A stretch of 60,326 bases of DNA, counting the filler, from Sphacelaria rigidula (taxonomy: Eukaryota): NCBI GenBank assembly GCA_964200075.2. It is 6 parts of 6 records of this genome, joined end to end, with 100 filler letters (N's around TTAATTAATTAA, not from the genome) between each part and the next. Parts side by side here need not be neighbours in the genome. Positions count along the whole stretch, not along the records: positions 10,073 to 20,043 come from CAXNAA020007386.1; positions 20,144 to 30,114 come from CAXNAA020007387.1; 4 more parts are not named here. One strand, written 5' to 3'. Below, in pieces: positions 14,115-27,332 of this stretch. The translations under genes were made by a program, and so were the position numbers. Within the stretch, counting starts at the first letter, position 1. Each line of letters begins with the position of its first letter. The notes beneath the pieces were generated by a model that saw only the letters and a list, made by a program, of their open reading frames with translations, was not told the origin of the DNA and made no database searches.

Positions 14115-17100
14115 CTATACTTTCCTTACCGAAATGGTGATTCCCTGCAGGTTAGTGTCAAAGCTACCAATGACCATAAGGATGCAGAGCTTCATTACGT
14201 GGTTCCCCGCAGGCAGAGCAATCTCCACCTGTGGTGGCACAGTGAGAAAACGGAACGCAATGAAAGCACGTGAGCGCGAGATCACCACGGCAAATTCCCA
14301 TGGATTACTGATTCCCACAGATTCTGATTCTTCCACATGTGTTTTGAGTCCGGTATCATGAATTCGGTGTGATGTCAGCACTGCTTTACTCTCAGATAAT
14401 ATCGTGCGTTCAAAGCTATTGGCCTCAGCCGGCACGTTTCCCCCGCGGTCTTGCAGTATCGTGCAACCTCCACCTGGGATGTCGTATCCATCCAGGAGAT
14501 CCACCTGGGATCTCAATGCTCATGTGGGATGTCCATTTAGAACATCGATATCCATCTGCGATTTCCGTCTAGAATGTGGACATCCATCTGAGATGTCCAT
14601 CTGGGATAGCACACATCTTTGTAATGTTCGTCTGGAATATGAGCATCCATCTGGGATATGGATATTCATGCGGGATACCTAATTGACATTCTTGTTCAGA
14701 AAAATATCCAATTGCGGTGAATAGTTCAGCAAGATAACTCATTTTTGTTTTGTTTGTTTTTTATTTCTATCATCATCCGAAAAGTGCCAACTCCTGGTTC
14801 GATGCTGTTCGGACTCGCACTGCTGCGCCTTCGTCGTTGCACTGATGCTATCGTTAACTCTTGTCGCGCTATCTCTGACCTCCTCGGTATCTTCCCACAT
14901 GTCCCACCCTCCGGTCGACGGTAGCTGGGTGTCGTAGAGAGCGAGCCCCTTGGAACGATCACTGCATTCCTGAGGAATTTTGTCGTCAAAGGTAATCGCC
15001 AACGCAGTGCCGTTCGCCAGTGTGGCGTACCGAGCGCTCACTAGGTAGTTCCCGCTTTCCGCATTATGCACTGTGTACTTCAACCATTCACCTGGAAGTT
15101 TGCGGTTGGAGGAGAGGATTGGGGTACTATTTCTCGATAGGACAGCGACACTATATCATTCCCTCATAGCGTCACTTAGTAAGGGGGATATGGTGTAGAT
15201 AAAGTACAGACCTACGTGATATAGACGTACCTCAGCGCACCCTTTGCTTCTAATGTCGCAATGACGGATATTTTGAAAAATATATATATAGGGCAACGTT
15301 TTCCATTCCGCGTACGTTTGAGTAGAAGGCAAGCTTGCGGTGATACGTTTAGTTGAAGACAAAGCAGCAATAGGAGCAACCCCCGCTTAGCTACGATCGC
15401 CGCTGTATATAATTCAAGTTATCTGCTTACAGTCCTAGATATAGCTTGTCACCTGGGCCCTTCCACAGATGCAACAATCAACGAAAAACCCTAGATGGGC
15501 TACAAAATGGATACGTCATGTATTTGCTCATGAATCCCCTACACACGGTACAGGGGACAACTGCTTGGGAACAGATAGTTCGGCCCTCAATTCTGCGCTA
15601 ACTGCAAAAGCTAGGGAAACTAGATAGATGGAGCAGATTTGCAGATTCGCGGGAGAGTTGTCGCTAGTCGACGTCGCAGAGCTTGAGTATCCCGTTGCAG
15701 TCCTGTACATACCCGGCAGGCCGAAGCCGACATGAAAAGAGCCGTCAGCTGCAGCCTCAATGTCCACAGAGGTGTTGCGAAACCCCTCCACGCCAAGGTT
15801 CTCGGGGGTGAAGTCCCAGTATGCCTCGCCCTGATTGCGTCGTGATATGATACGATCAGTGTGACAAGACATACGTACGGCAGTCACGGGCACGTCATGG
15901 GTCATGGAGGGCAAAACCAGTCTCATTACAGAGGGGAAAATGGGTTTGATGTACCGTATAGTTCAATATTATACCAGGCACCCTCACATCCGGATACAGT
16001 ACGCGACAGCATCCAAAAAATTGACAGTTTCGGAAACGTCGCATCCTCGAGCAGCGAAGATATGAGAATTCTGGTGTAGGATCCCCAGAGAGCGCACCAC
16101 ACAAGGACTCAAGTGTACACAACTTGTACAATGCCAGAGGCGCGGAAGTACCTGGGCAACACGCGGTAACACCCGAGATGATTTCAACCACCTGTCGGAG
16201 AGCTTCATCGCGAATGAAAGTGGGTCGAAACTCGATATATGTGATCCGTCATCTACTCGTCTTCGGATAAATTCGATTGTCCACGATTCCATTGCGGATA
16301 CCCGGCACGCAGAATGCGATCGATTTTATGTTGACATATTGTGTTCAGCACAGGCTTAAAATTGTGCTTGATTGCGTGAAAAATAGGGTTTCATGGATGC
16401 TTTGCACAATCCTACAGACTCACGATAGTACTATGCCGCCACGCCGCGGTGGTATAACCGCCACAAATGAGACCAATCAGGGCGGACGGGTACTCGTACG
16501 GGTTTGATTCCCCATAGCGTATGCAACTGGGCGTTGTTTCTGAGAAGCACCTGACTTCCATCGTTGAAAGCGTGGAAATGTCAGCAGTAAAGAATACTAT
16601 ATATGACGACAGTCGCCTTGGTGCGGAAGTGCTAATCCAATTCGCGATAACAAAAGTACAAGGGGTGTACCGGGGAACAGGCGGGCTGATCCCTTGAGAC
16701 CACGGACTCAGCCCAAGGAAGGAGAGAGGTTGAGCGTGTGACATGAGGTTACAGCTGACGAATCCCCATGACTTTTTTCAATTTAATAATTTACTTGAAT
16801 GTTTCCCTTACTTATGTACTTAGGCACCCGTCACATGGTATGGAGGTCTGCGGTCCCCGATCGACACGAGACTTGGAGGCGCATGTGTCGGGATAAATGT
16901 ATCGCTAGTGGAGTACAACATTATCGAGGAGATTTCAACGCAACAACGGTGCACATGAATTATCGACTACCCGCACAAGCTCGAAATACAAGGTGGTACA
17001 AATTCTACAGCAACACGCTCGCCGTCGGCACGGGGATCGCTGCATCTAGTCCTACTCCTGGCGAAAATTCTGTTATTTCGATCCTGGTGATGTCGTCTAA

Positions 17101-19705
17101 TCTTCACGTGCAGCGGCGTCCTGCGTCCGAGGTGCTCCCTGCCTGGAACGTACCTCCATGATTTGGAACGTTACCAACTCTCAAGGCTTGGTTTCACCGA
17201 AACGTTCAACTGCAAAGGTGGAGCTCAATCACAACAACTCACGTTGTCTCCCTCATCGAAGTCGACAGCGTTCACGAAACCTGGGATGGTGACGGCCACC
17301 CCGTTGTAGGGCGATCCCGTGGAACACGTGCAATCGTCTTCGCAAGACTTGCAACCCTCTCCTCTTCCCACGTCGCACCTGAAATGAGACCACCACAGCG
17401 TCTTATTCATGTAGAAAGGGTCAGATCGCATGTTTCAACCCGACGAAGCTACGCCGGCACAAACCAAAAATATGAGCTCAGTACCGTAGATGTAAACTTC
17501 ATCTGGATGTTCTTCGTATGCTCCAGCATTGTGTCGCCAATGCCGTCGTCCTGTGCAGGTCCCTCTTCCCGGCGGACTTCTGCCCCAACTTAAGACCACC
17601 AATGGTTACAGCCACGTGCACACACACATTAAGACGGCACTGTGTGCCATCATGCTTGCGTGCTAATGTTCTAAATTGCTTGCGGCCTTTGCTTTGAATT
17701 CGGTTTACTCACGTTCCGTCGCTGTTGCAAACGTTGGTGTCTAGCGCCGCCGCCTCTTCGAACGTGATTTCGTCCAAAGTAAAGCCACCATCCACAACGC
17801 ACACGCGTACCGTGTGTCTTCCCGCCGTCAAGTTAACCTTTGCGTTGTTGCCCGAGAACGAGTCGAATAGATGACAACGGCCGCGGTCACAGGACCGAGA
17901 GGGAACGGAACAGTGTGCCCTTCCAGCTGCCATTTATTGAAATCGGCAGTGTTTCCTTCAGCAAAACTCGATCTTGTTAACTGTGTCGAGGGCAGCTGCT
18001 ACGTACAGTACTACACAGCAGGACGAAGGATTATACTAAAAGAAAATTGCCCCCTTCACCTGCATCCCTTGAAACCTTACGTACCCGCATCTCAGAAAGT
18101 TGTGCTATCAAGAGTACAAGATACTCCTGCTCGCGAACGTGGATCTCGAGAACTCTACCACGTGGGGCTCAAAACTACGCCGCCTACCGTGAAAGGAGAC
18201 GTTCTCGAAAACGGTCCGATTTCTCCTCCGCTGCTTGGCATCTCCGCCACACCGAGGATGTTTTCCACGTGTGAGTACGAGTTGCAGGAAGAGGTGTCCA
18301 TGAAGATGCGAGCCCTGCCGTCTACGCCCGCCGCGTATCTTAGAGTTAGGTTGTAGTCTGCGGTCGAGGAGACCTGTGTGTTGAGATGTTGGGGTCATTT
18401 TTACGAGGTGGGGAGGAGTTGGACAATATCTTTACAACACAGGCAACAAAAGCGAGTACTGGGAGGCACGTAAGCTACAAACTATGAAGATTGGGCAGAA
18501 AACAATCGGAATTGAACGGATCAGTAGTCATCAGTCGACCCATTTGCGTTAAACATTTTCATTGAAACGTTAGACAGCGTACAGTTCGTAGTATCACTAG
18601 TAGGCTAGCAGGTATGCTGCCATCCGTTTCTGAATTTGTACGGCGAGCCGTCACGACACGTGCTCGACACGTTAGAACGCGAAAGCCGCCAACCTTCTGG
18701 GACGTTTGATAAGTTACCGACGGCTTGGTGCACTGGATTGTGAAGCTAATTGACGGCAAAGTACAGAGCTGGAGGGGACATAAGATTGCGTGCAATTGCA
18801 AGTACGGTATAGCTCATGATAGATCAACCAACAGCACCAGTCTCCGGTTTTTGTTTTTTTAATGCAAAGTACATATCGCAGCATGTTTCGGTTATCGTCA
18901 GATAGAATTGGGGTTGCCGTGGAGCCTGCAAGTAACGTGCACCAACTCTCACGGTACGTAACGCTCTGTATTCGCCTCGTAGTATATGACTGTACCCACC
19001 CATGTAGCTTCATCACCCAGTGAAGTCACGTGAAATGATAGTGTGTACATTACAATCACCTGCAGCATTCGCCAACAGCAAAGCAAGAGTTACCTGTACG
19101 TACTTTAAAGGTACTCGCACACTGCGTTGCATACAAATCACCGCTCACACCACCTCACCACACAAAAAAACACATTGTAGGTCATCAACAGCGGAATTCA
19201 AAAGACTTGGACGATCGCTGAAACATAGAGATACTCGGTCGCTACCTTGCGCTATTGGGCCAACCAGCAGTCAGCTCCGCGAGGTACGCTCCCCTGAGAT
19301 GAAACTTTTTCGCCCCCATAAAGTATGACACTCTCTCTACCTTGCGCCACTCACGACCCGGCGGGGTTGCCGGCAGTGATGTCCAGTCGATTTTGTATTC
19401 CCAATCTGTTTGTTTTGGCTGCCAGTCGTCAAAACGAACGGCTACATCGGCATGGAATGTTCTTGGAAAATTCTTGATGTAAATAATTCGAAAAGCCGGT
19501 GACATTTTCTCACCGTCACGGAGTAAGAGAGCCACTCTGTTTGGTTGGTCCAGCCCCAGGACACCCTCCCCTCGACCTCTCTCAGCCCCACTAACGCCTT
19601 CTGAGATTCGGCGCGGTAGTCACTGTAGAGGGATGCGTTTCTTTCGTCTGTGCAGTCGTTGCCATCGGTATTTGGCATACATTCGATCTCGTGATACCCA
19701 ACGCC
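14115..19705 (-). CDS. Tandem CBM6-like carbohydrate-binding protein with Cys-rich linker, partial (exons 19705-19514, 18373-18188, 17837-17713, 17378-17243, 15830-15713, 15091-14880, 14228-14130 or to stop at 14115)
   Basis: GT-AG exons join in frame. Module 1: GVGYHE...WGWTNQTEWLSYSVT|VSSTADYNLTLRYAA...SSGG...|VNLTAGRHTVRVC...LDEITF. Linker: CNSDGTCDVGRGEGCKSCEDDC. Module 2: PYNGVAVTIPGFVNAVDFDEGDN|GEAYWDFT...VDI...GEWLKYTV...LPSTGGWDMW...|VEIALPAGNHVMKLC. These are typical CBM6 motifs. Confidence 0.85.
14465..14680. repeat. Degenerate tandem array of (C)ATCCATCTGGGAT-like units
   Basis: About nine variably spaced units; a similar array lies at 49676-49850. Confidence 0.6.
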
Positions 19706-20922
19706 CTGTTTTCCAGTTGCGGTGAAAATATCGCATGTTAAAACATCAAAGACATCGAACTTTCGATACGTGAGGCATGGTAATTGTCGACATATCAACT
19801 CATAGAACCGTCAATTTTGGAAAAAAACAAGGTTGTAATTACAAGGGTAGTTTAAATATGAAACTATCGATGGTGAAGACCTGTTGAGCGTGAGGTATCA
19901 ACTTTGAGCGATATATACCGCTGCGACCCGGTGGTGTGATGGTCCGACTGTCGCCATTAGGGTGGAGAGAACGAGGGTGCGATTCCCGATGCGTTGGGTT
20001 TTTTCTTCGTAGTGTATGATTTTCACCGTGGAAAGCGTGAGAANNNNNNNNNNNNNNNNNNNNNNNNNNNNNNNNNNNNNNNNNNNNTTAATTAATTAAN
20101 NNNNNNNNNNNNNNNNNNNNNNNNNNNNNNNNNNNNNNNNNNNTTTTTCGCGACACTTTTAGCTGGTTTTGGGGGGGGGCTATCGTAGAAAGTGTCAACG
20201 ATAAAAATTCTCGCGACAACAAACGTTCCGCTTATAGACACCAGCGGACAGGACCGACACAAAGTTCTAATCCCAACACCAGAAACCCTGGTACCTTCAC
20301 TACGGATCGCTTAGATCCATGACGTTACGACGCCGGCGTTCTTCGGTCTTCCGCGCAGTCGATAGCACGAGCAAAGACTTTTCTGCCCGCGGAGTCCGTG
20401 TCAAAAATTGCTCACTCGATTGCCCCGGCACTATCCAGGAGCGTAACTGATGGCCGTTCATATCGACCCCCGTCTCGAACCTCCACAAAATGTTCAACAC
20501 AGCCCGCAGAGCCCGCGACTGAGATTATCCGCCCGGCTCTCCCGGCACTATGCAGGAGCGCAACTGACGACTGTTCAAATCGACCCCCGTCTTCGTCCCT
20601 CCACACACCGCGTAACAGTTGTGCCACCCCGCGACTCAGATCTACACCCGGCACTAAACTTGGTCATTCAGTACCGAGTATAAGTCTGAGGTGTGGGAAG
20701 ACCAACCGCCAGTCCCTAAGGCAAAGGCTTCCCTCAGCGACCGCACGCACAGGTAGCAGCAAGCCTTTTTCAGCTGACCCAAGTGTTGCTGATTTGAACC
20801 TGATCACATCGGATCATGTAATTCCCAATCAGTTCGATCGGGCTCCTTCCCCGCGATTTTCAAGACGCACGGACCTACCTTAGACCGGTTTAAATAACAA
20901 TCGCCCCAACATATCTTCGGCT

Positions 20923-23900
20923 ATGCCCCAACAGCCAAACTTGCCCACGGAAAGCAGCCCACAAGTTTCGCTCCGTCATGCCCCGATGCTGACCCCATCC
21001 ACGCAACTGGACACAGTTGTGGTTTCATCCCCAAATGTTTCGGAAGTTCCCCGACCTTTGTCACGGCGAAAGAGAAAGCCCCATAAGCATGCCCTCAAGG
21101 ACGCGCGCGCATCATTACGTACACCTCTTTCGAGCGGAAATCCTCGACCTCAATCTCTCCAAAATGCGACGACTTTGAGCTCGACGGCTGTATCAAGTAT
21201 CCCGGAAGAAATAAAATCACATGATTCTGACGGCACTACTTCTTCAATCGACGGCTGCAGCCGCGTACATTCTGGATTCCCCTTTGACGGTGATCCCTGC
21301 CAACCAAAGACGATAATTTACGTAATCGCCAAATACCGTGCCACACCTGGAAATAATATACCGTCCACCCCCTTCTCTGGTGAGACATCTGACCCACCGG
21401 CAGATCATCCACCGTGCGTTTTTGCTGTCAGCCCCGCTGCTCCTGACCAGTTTACCTTGCCGGAGCACGTTCCGGGTCTTGTCGGCGGCAAAGTGTCTGT
21501 CGATCCGGTCACTTTCACTACTCGCGTTGCGATCCATGCCGGTCCGAACGCTATCACGCCTACGAAATGCGCATCCTTGTTGGACAGCGGCAACCCGCAA
21601 GCATTTATTCGACAATCAACATGGAAACACATGAAACAGACTGGCGCTGCTACTTCAGCTTGCGAAACCACCACCAAACCTCGCGTGTGGGGCGGTTTCG
21701 GTGACTCTGCCGCGCCACTGACGACTCATAAATCCGTACGTCTCAGTGTGCAATTCTTTCACAACACCACTCGATCTGCCAGCCTGGTAGTCTGGGCATA
21801 CGTTGTCCCCGACAGCACCATGCATCACGCCATATTATTGGGCAGAGATAGCTATATGCGGTTTAATCAACGAACCTACCGCACGCTTCCACCACTAACG
21901 CCACATTCCCCGCCGCGTGGAGAATTCAACCTCGAGCACTTCGGTACTCTCCACAGCCCCCTGGCTCATCGAAAGAATCGTCAAGCAAGCGGAGCTGCTC
22001 ACCACCTACGATATAACGGTAGCGTGGGTATTACACTCTCCGACGACCCCCAACTTCTTGAAGTTGCACCAGTTCGCCGAAATGGCATGCCGGCACTTAC
22101 GGGCCATTATGTTGCCGAAACGTTACCCCGTATTGGCGCACCAGCCGACATAGAACATTTTGTGTCGGTGGGACAACAACTCCTCCCTCTTACGGGACAT
22201 GCTAACTTGGAACCCGGCGATGTTTCAGGAATCGCCGCTGCTCCCCTGATGCACATCCCACTCGAGACGTGCGTCACAGAGCCTGCCGCGCCAAACACCA
22301 AATCTCCGGCGGAGCCAGTACATTGTGTCGATGAACCCTATTTCGATCTCGCCTCTGCTGCTCCACCCCAGATCCACACCGTGGATCCTGCTCAGTCAAA
22401 TTCCGATCCTCCTGCTGAAGTGCTTCAACGCATATCACCAGATTCCCGGAATAGTTGCTTGCACATGTGGAACCATCTGCCGTCACACATGCGCGACATC
22501 AAGTTTGACCTTCATGGGCCCGGTTGGGAACCGGCAGTCATCCAAGAACTCAGTGATGTCCTGCTACAGTACCCAGACCGATTTTCCCGATCCAAGACGG
22601 ATCTTGGGCCTTGCAAACACTGCCCTTAGAGGTTACCCTTTGACCCGATGTCTCGCCGGTTTCTTCTCGGCCATACCGTACCAACCCAATCCTCACCAAG
22701 AAAGTTAACGCCATCTTGGATGCGTATTTGGGAGCGGGACTAATCCAACATTCCTCCTCTCCCTGGGCCTCGCCACTTGTGGTCGTCCCCAAAATGGATG
22801 GAAACATACGCATCACCGTGAACTATCAACGGTTGAATCGCGTTACTGTCGTCAGTAAACTTTCAATTCCCCGCATTGATGAAGTCTTTGAATCCTTAGG
22901 CGAAGGCAAAATATTCAGCACCTTCGATCTCGCTTCTGGAGTATTTCAGAATGCTATACACCCTGACACAGTCCCACTGACGGCTTTTTGCACCTCGTCC
23001 GGACTCTATGAGTGAATTCGCATGCCACAAGGCGCCGCCACTGCCCCGGGATACTTTCAACGCTTAATGCAACGCGCCACCGAGGGCCTCGAGCACGTTA
23101 TCATGTACTTGGATGACGCTATCGCTTTCGATGCCTCACCTATTGCGCATATACGCACTCTACGATAAATTCTCTCGCGCCTACGTACGCACGATTTGAA
23201 ACTGTCTCCATCCAAAGCTCGCCTTGGCGCGACTGACTCGGATTTCTTGGGGCATTCCATTTCGCCAGCAGGCCTGCATCCGGATACAAAGTCAAGGCGA
23301 TGACTGATTTGCCGATGCCAACTAACATGTATCAACTTCGCTCATTGTTGGGTGAGCTATCCTACAACCGCAAAACTATGCCGAATTTATCGAAGCGGAC
23401 TCGCCCTCTTACTGAGCTACTCAAGAAAGGAGCCGTGTTTTCTTTTACCACAGGAATGGAGAATATCACCCGCGAATTCCTCAAGACGCTTACCGAAAAG
23501 CCCGTTCTTTGCTTTCCTGACTGGGAGGCAGTACAAGATGGCTCCCGCCTTTTTTAACTTCATACTGACGCCAGCACAAATGGTTATGGAAGAGTTTTGA
23601 ATCAACCTCAGGTTGATGGCTCTGTCCGACCCATCCTCTATATCAGCCGCGCTACCCTGCCCAACGAGGCCAATTGGAGCCCGCTAGAATTGGAAGGCGG
23701 AGTAATCACTTGGGCCATTAGGCGCCTTCGACAATATCTGTTTCACGTGCCCTTCGAGATCTATACGGATCACGGAGCACTTGAACAACTCGCCAAGGTT
23801 GGTGAACACAACCCTCGTGTACAACGATGGTTGGAATTTCTAACAGCATGCCAGTATACCATTAAGCACCGTCCAGGCAAATCCAACGGGAACGCGGATA

Positions 23901-26759
23901 TTCTTTCCCGCTTACCTCTGCCACCTACGGCCGCAGATTTCAGCCCGGCTTGCCGTTTGACGGAACCCGATGAACCCGGAATTTACGCGATCAGACGTTT
24001 TTCAATGCCTGTTTACGCCCTCCACCTCCAGTGCCCGGAAACCGGTATGCATATGGGAGGACCTCGCCCTCTGCCATATGACGCCGTCTTGAGTGGGTTA
24101 AAGCCCACTACCTCCGATTTCGTCGATTTTCGCACTTGCGGTACTCACGCGCAGCTCTTTGTAGAGACACCTCCCGTCACCCACCTTATCTCCGACAACA
24201 CGCGCTCCCGGTCTGCCGCCCGCACCACTCCGAGTGCCCCGCCGCCACCAACAACACCTGTAACTCCTATGAGCCACCCAGCACAAGTTCCACGGACCAA
24301 CACGCAAGGCTCCGCGAAAATATCTGCACCGTGCGCCACGCGCCGCGAACAATCTTCGCCGCGCACTGATACAACCCCGCCGCCTATAATGGCGCCGCAC
24401 ACATCTCCTGCCCCTGAGCACGGATCTGACGACTCGTCTCCAGCTCCCGGAACAGAAATTGATGTCGGCATTTCTGCCCCGTCGCCTATTCCCCCGCCGC
24501 CTGTCCTACCATGTTTGGTCGGCTCGCTAGCGGAAGGTTAACTAAGCGAGTTTCTCGCCAGCTACTCTCACCGCGATTGGGCTCGTGAACAAACCGCAGA
24601 ACCGCTATGTCGCGCAGCCATCCGATACTTACAACTTGACTGTCCAGTCCCTTTTCCGTCGACACTTCTGGCCCCGGTTGGAACACTGCCACCACCAGTT
24701 ATCTCTGACGTGTTCGAGCTCGTGCGTAAAGGCACCCTTTTTACTACGGATGAAGGCGTGCAACTACTCGTGCGTCGGCCCACGCCTTTGACAGGCGCAA
24801 TTTCCGCCCCAACTACGGGACGCACCGCACGACTACTTAATGACGAACCAACGCGCATATATGTGTCATTATTAATGCGCCCCTGGGTCATGAAAGGCTG
24901 TCACACAGAATTGTCATGCCACCTTGGCGTCACCCGCACCCTCGCGCTCTTGGAACGCTTCTACTGGTGGGTTGTTATGGAAATTTCAACCCGCTTCTGG
25001 ATTCGGCGATGCTTGAAATGCCAAGCCCGAAAAACTTCACGAGAGACAGTGCGCTGGCCCATGATCTCTATGGGACTCCCCGATGAGCCTGGCCACCTCG
25101 TGTCCTTTGACTACTTCGGCCCTCTACCTACCACAGGTCGCGGCAACACCTACATCTTACTCTTCACTGACCGATTTAGCCGCCACGCGTCCATGTACGC
25201 GGTAACCGCCGCAGATTTCACTGCCGCCGGAACGGCTGACATACTGGTCCATGATTACATTAAGCACTACGGTTGCCCAATGCGATTACTTTCAGACAAT
25301 GGTCAGCAATTTTGTTCAGAGCTCTCTGATGAGCTTTACAAGCTCCTGGGCATACGCAAAATTGCCACGAGCGCCTACGACCCGAACGGTAACGGTGGTA
25401 CCGAAAGAGGTAATCACACCATGGCCCAGATGCTCTCTATGGTTGTCAATTACCGTCAAAATGACTGGGACCTACATCTCTAGCACATCATGTTGTCCTA
25501 CAACAACTCGGTTAATGCCGCCGCCGGCCTTTCTCCGAACGAACCCCATCTTGGACGTTTTTCTCGGCTGCCTATCACCGTGTTTGAGCGCCACACGTTC
25601 GACGGACACCAAGGATTGGATCAGGACCAGATATCCTACAACGAGCTAACGCATGCACGACAACGCAGCGTTCACCCTCATGCGCGAACAACACGCTGTC
25701 AATGCCTCCCGCCTAGAGAGATCTAACACCGCTCTCTACAACCTCATGCACAAACACCCCAACTGGAAAGTTGGTAATTGGGTTTGGATCTGCAACAGCT
25801 TGTCGACCATCCGCCAAGGCATCAGTAAGGCAGCCAACGAAACAATTTGAAGACGAAATTGTCCCTCAATTGGACAGGACCATTCAAGATCCTGACAATC
25901 GGACCATCGTCATCATCACCGGATGAAAAACCCGTCGGTGACAAACTGCTCTATCTCGACTTGCCTTGCGACTTCCAGGGCAAGGACACCAAGCCCCGCG
26001 TTTCCGTGCACAATTGCAAACCCTGCACGAACCCGCATGATACAAGCAACATGCCCAAGTGCCTGCCTGCCGGACTCACACAGTATGTTCTCAACAGCTA
26101 CTCGACCAAGTCCCCGCCCTACCATGTTACAACCGACGACGTGACGGAACAGCCCCTTCGATTAACCGTGTCCTCCATTTCCGGCCACCAGATAACCCGT
26201 GGTCGAGGAGGCAAGATTGCTGTCATGTATAAGACACACTGGCACGGTCTTCGGAGAGCGTCTTGGGAACGCGAATCCGACCTGCAATTGCACCGTCGTG
26301 CAATCCTCCTTTACTGGACGCAATCCCAACATCAGCATCTTGCTCACAACAAAATATCGCAACATGCGCCGTGGCGCAGCAGCCCGCGAACTTCACCGCA
26401 ATCAGGGACTACGCTTTGTCGCCGATGGTTACGAACTTGTACCCTCCAAGACTTGTAAAACGAAGTTCTTCGCGAACCAGCGACTCTTGCCCAAGGGCAG
26501 CTACCTTTGGTTCAAAGGCAGCGACAACCTCTGGTGGTTGGGTCAGACCCACTCCGCTAACCTCGTTTCGGCCGACACATACATCGTGCGCTTCATCGAT
26601 GACCCTGGACCCACACAGCTCAAGCTTCAGCCAGCGCTATACACCACCAGCTCATCTGCACCACGCGGATCCTGTCTCCAGCACCTCAATTCCAAAGGAC
26701 TTCGCCGCGGTCTCCAGTGCAACATCGACCACACCCACGACGTCCACGCCCCGCTTTGA
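20923..26759 (+). pseudogene. pol: Gypsy pol polyprotein with stops and frameshifts
   Basis: Protease LLDSGNP...ILLGRD; RT SSSPWASPLVVV...MPQG...YLDD; RNase H HTDAS...FEIYTDH...NGNADILSR; integrase H-H-C-C, SFDYFGP, LLSDNG, NGGTER; GPF motif WTGPFKI. Disrupted near 22625, 23013, 23167, 23557, 24539, 25481, 25665, 25847 and 26350. Confidence 0.92.
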
Positions 26760-27332
26760 ACCACGCTTTTGTCGTGACCGTTGCCCCACCCCTATTTTGT
26801 TTCCGTAAGCATTGTCTGCCCTCCCTTCTCCACCAGGATCCTCTTCTACGACACCACAACAGCGCGACCTACATCGGACGGCGATCAAGAACTACTGACA
26901 CGACCGCTACCTACGACTACTGCAGCCATTGTATCCCCTTCATCTGGCGCTCGATCTCGTCGGATCACCGATTTTCAGCTTTTCGATCTTGCAGTTTTTA
27001 GCACCTTTGGATTCCCCCTAGGTTGAAGCTCTGCTCCCTGTTGTACCCTTGGATCTCCCCTAGGTTGAAGCTCTGCTCCTTGTTCTACCTTTTGCTTCCC
27101 CCAGGAAACAGCTCTGCTCCCTGTTGTACCTCCCTGTTTTCCCCCTTAACTTTTGCTAGGACGCCGAAGCAATTTGTGCTTCTTCGTCGATCGCTAGCAC
27201 GCCGCAGCAGTTTGTGCTTCCGCGTTTAGGAGCAATTTATTTTTCTGCTCCTCGAAGCAGTCTATGCTTCCCTTCTTTTGAGGTGTGGGAGTGGGTACGG
27301 GATTGTTGGTACGGAAGTGTTAGGTACGGGAT

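Noticed and set aside
14465-14680. CRISPR-like repeat-spacer appearance (also 10100-10192 and 46431-46555)
   Set aside because: Repeats are short and degenerate, spacers are irregular, there are no cas genes, and the context is a eukaryotic intron.
18085-18230. Apparent frameshift making the CBM6 gene a pseudogene
   Set aside because: Using the donor at 18187 and the acceptor at 17838 gives a clean in-frame join (SPFT|VNLTAG).
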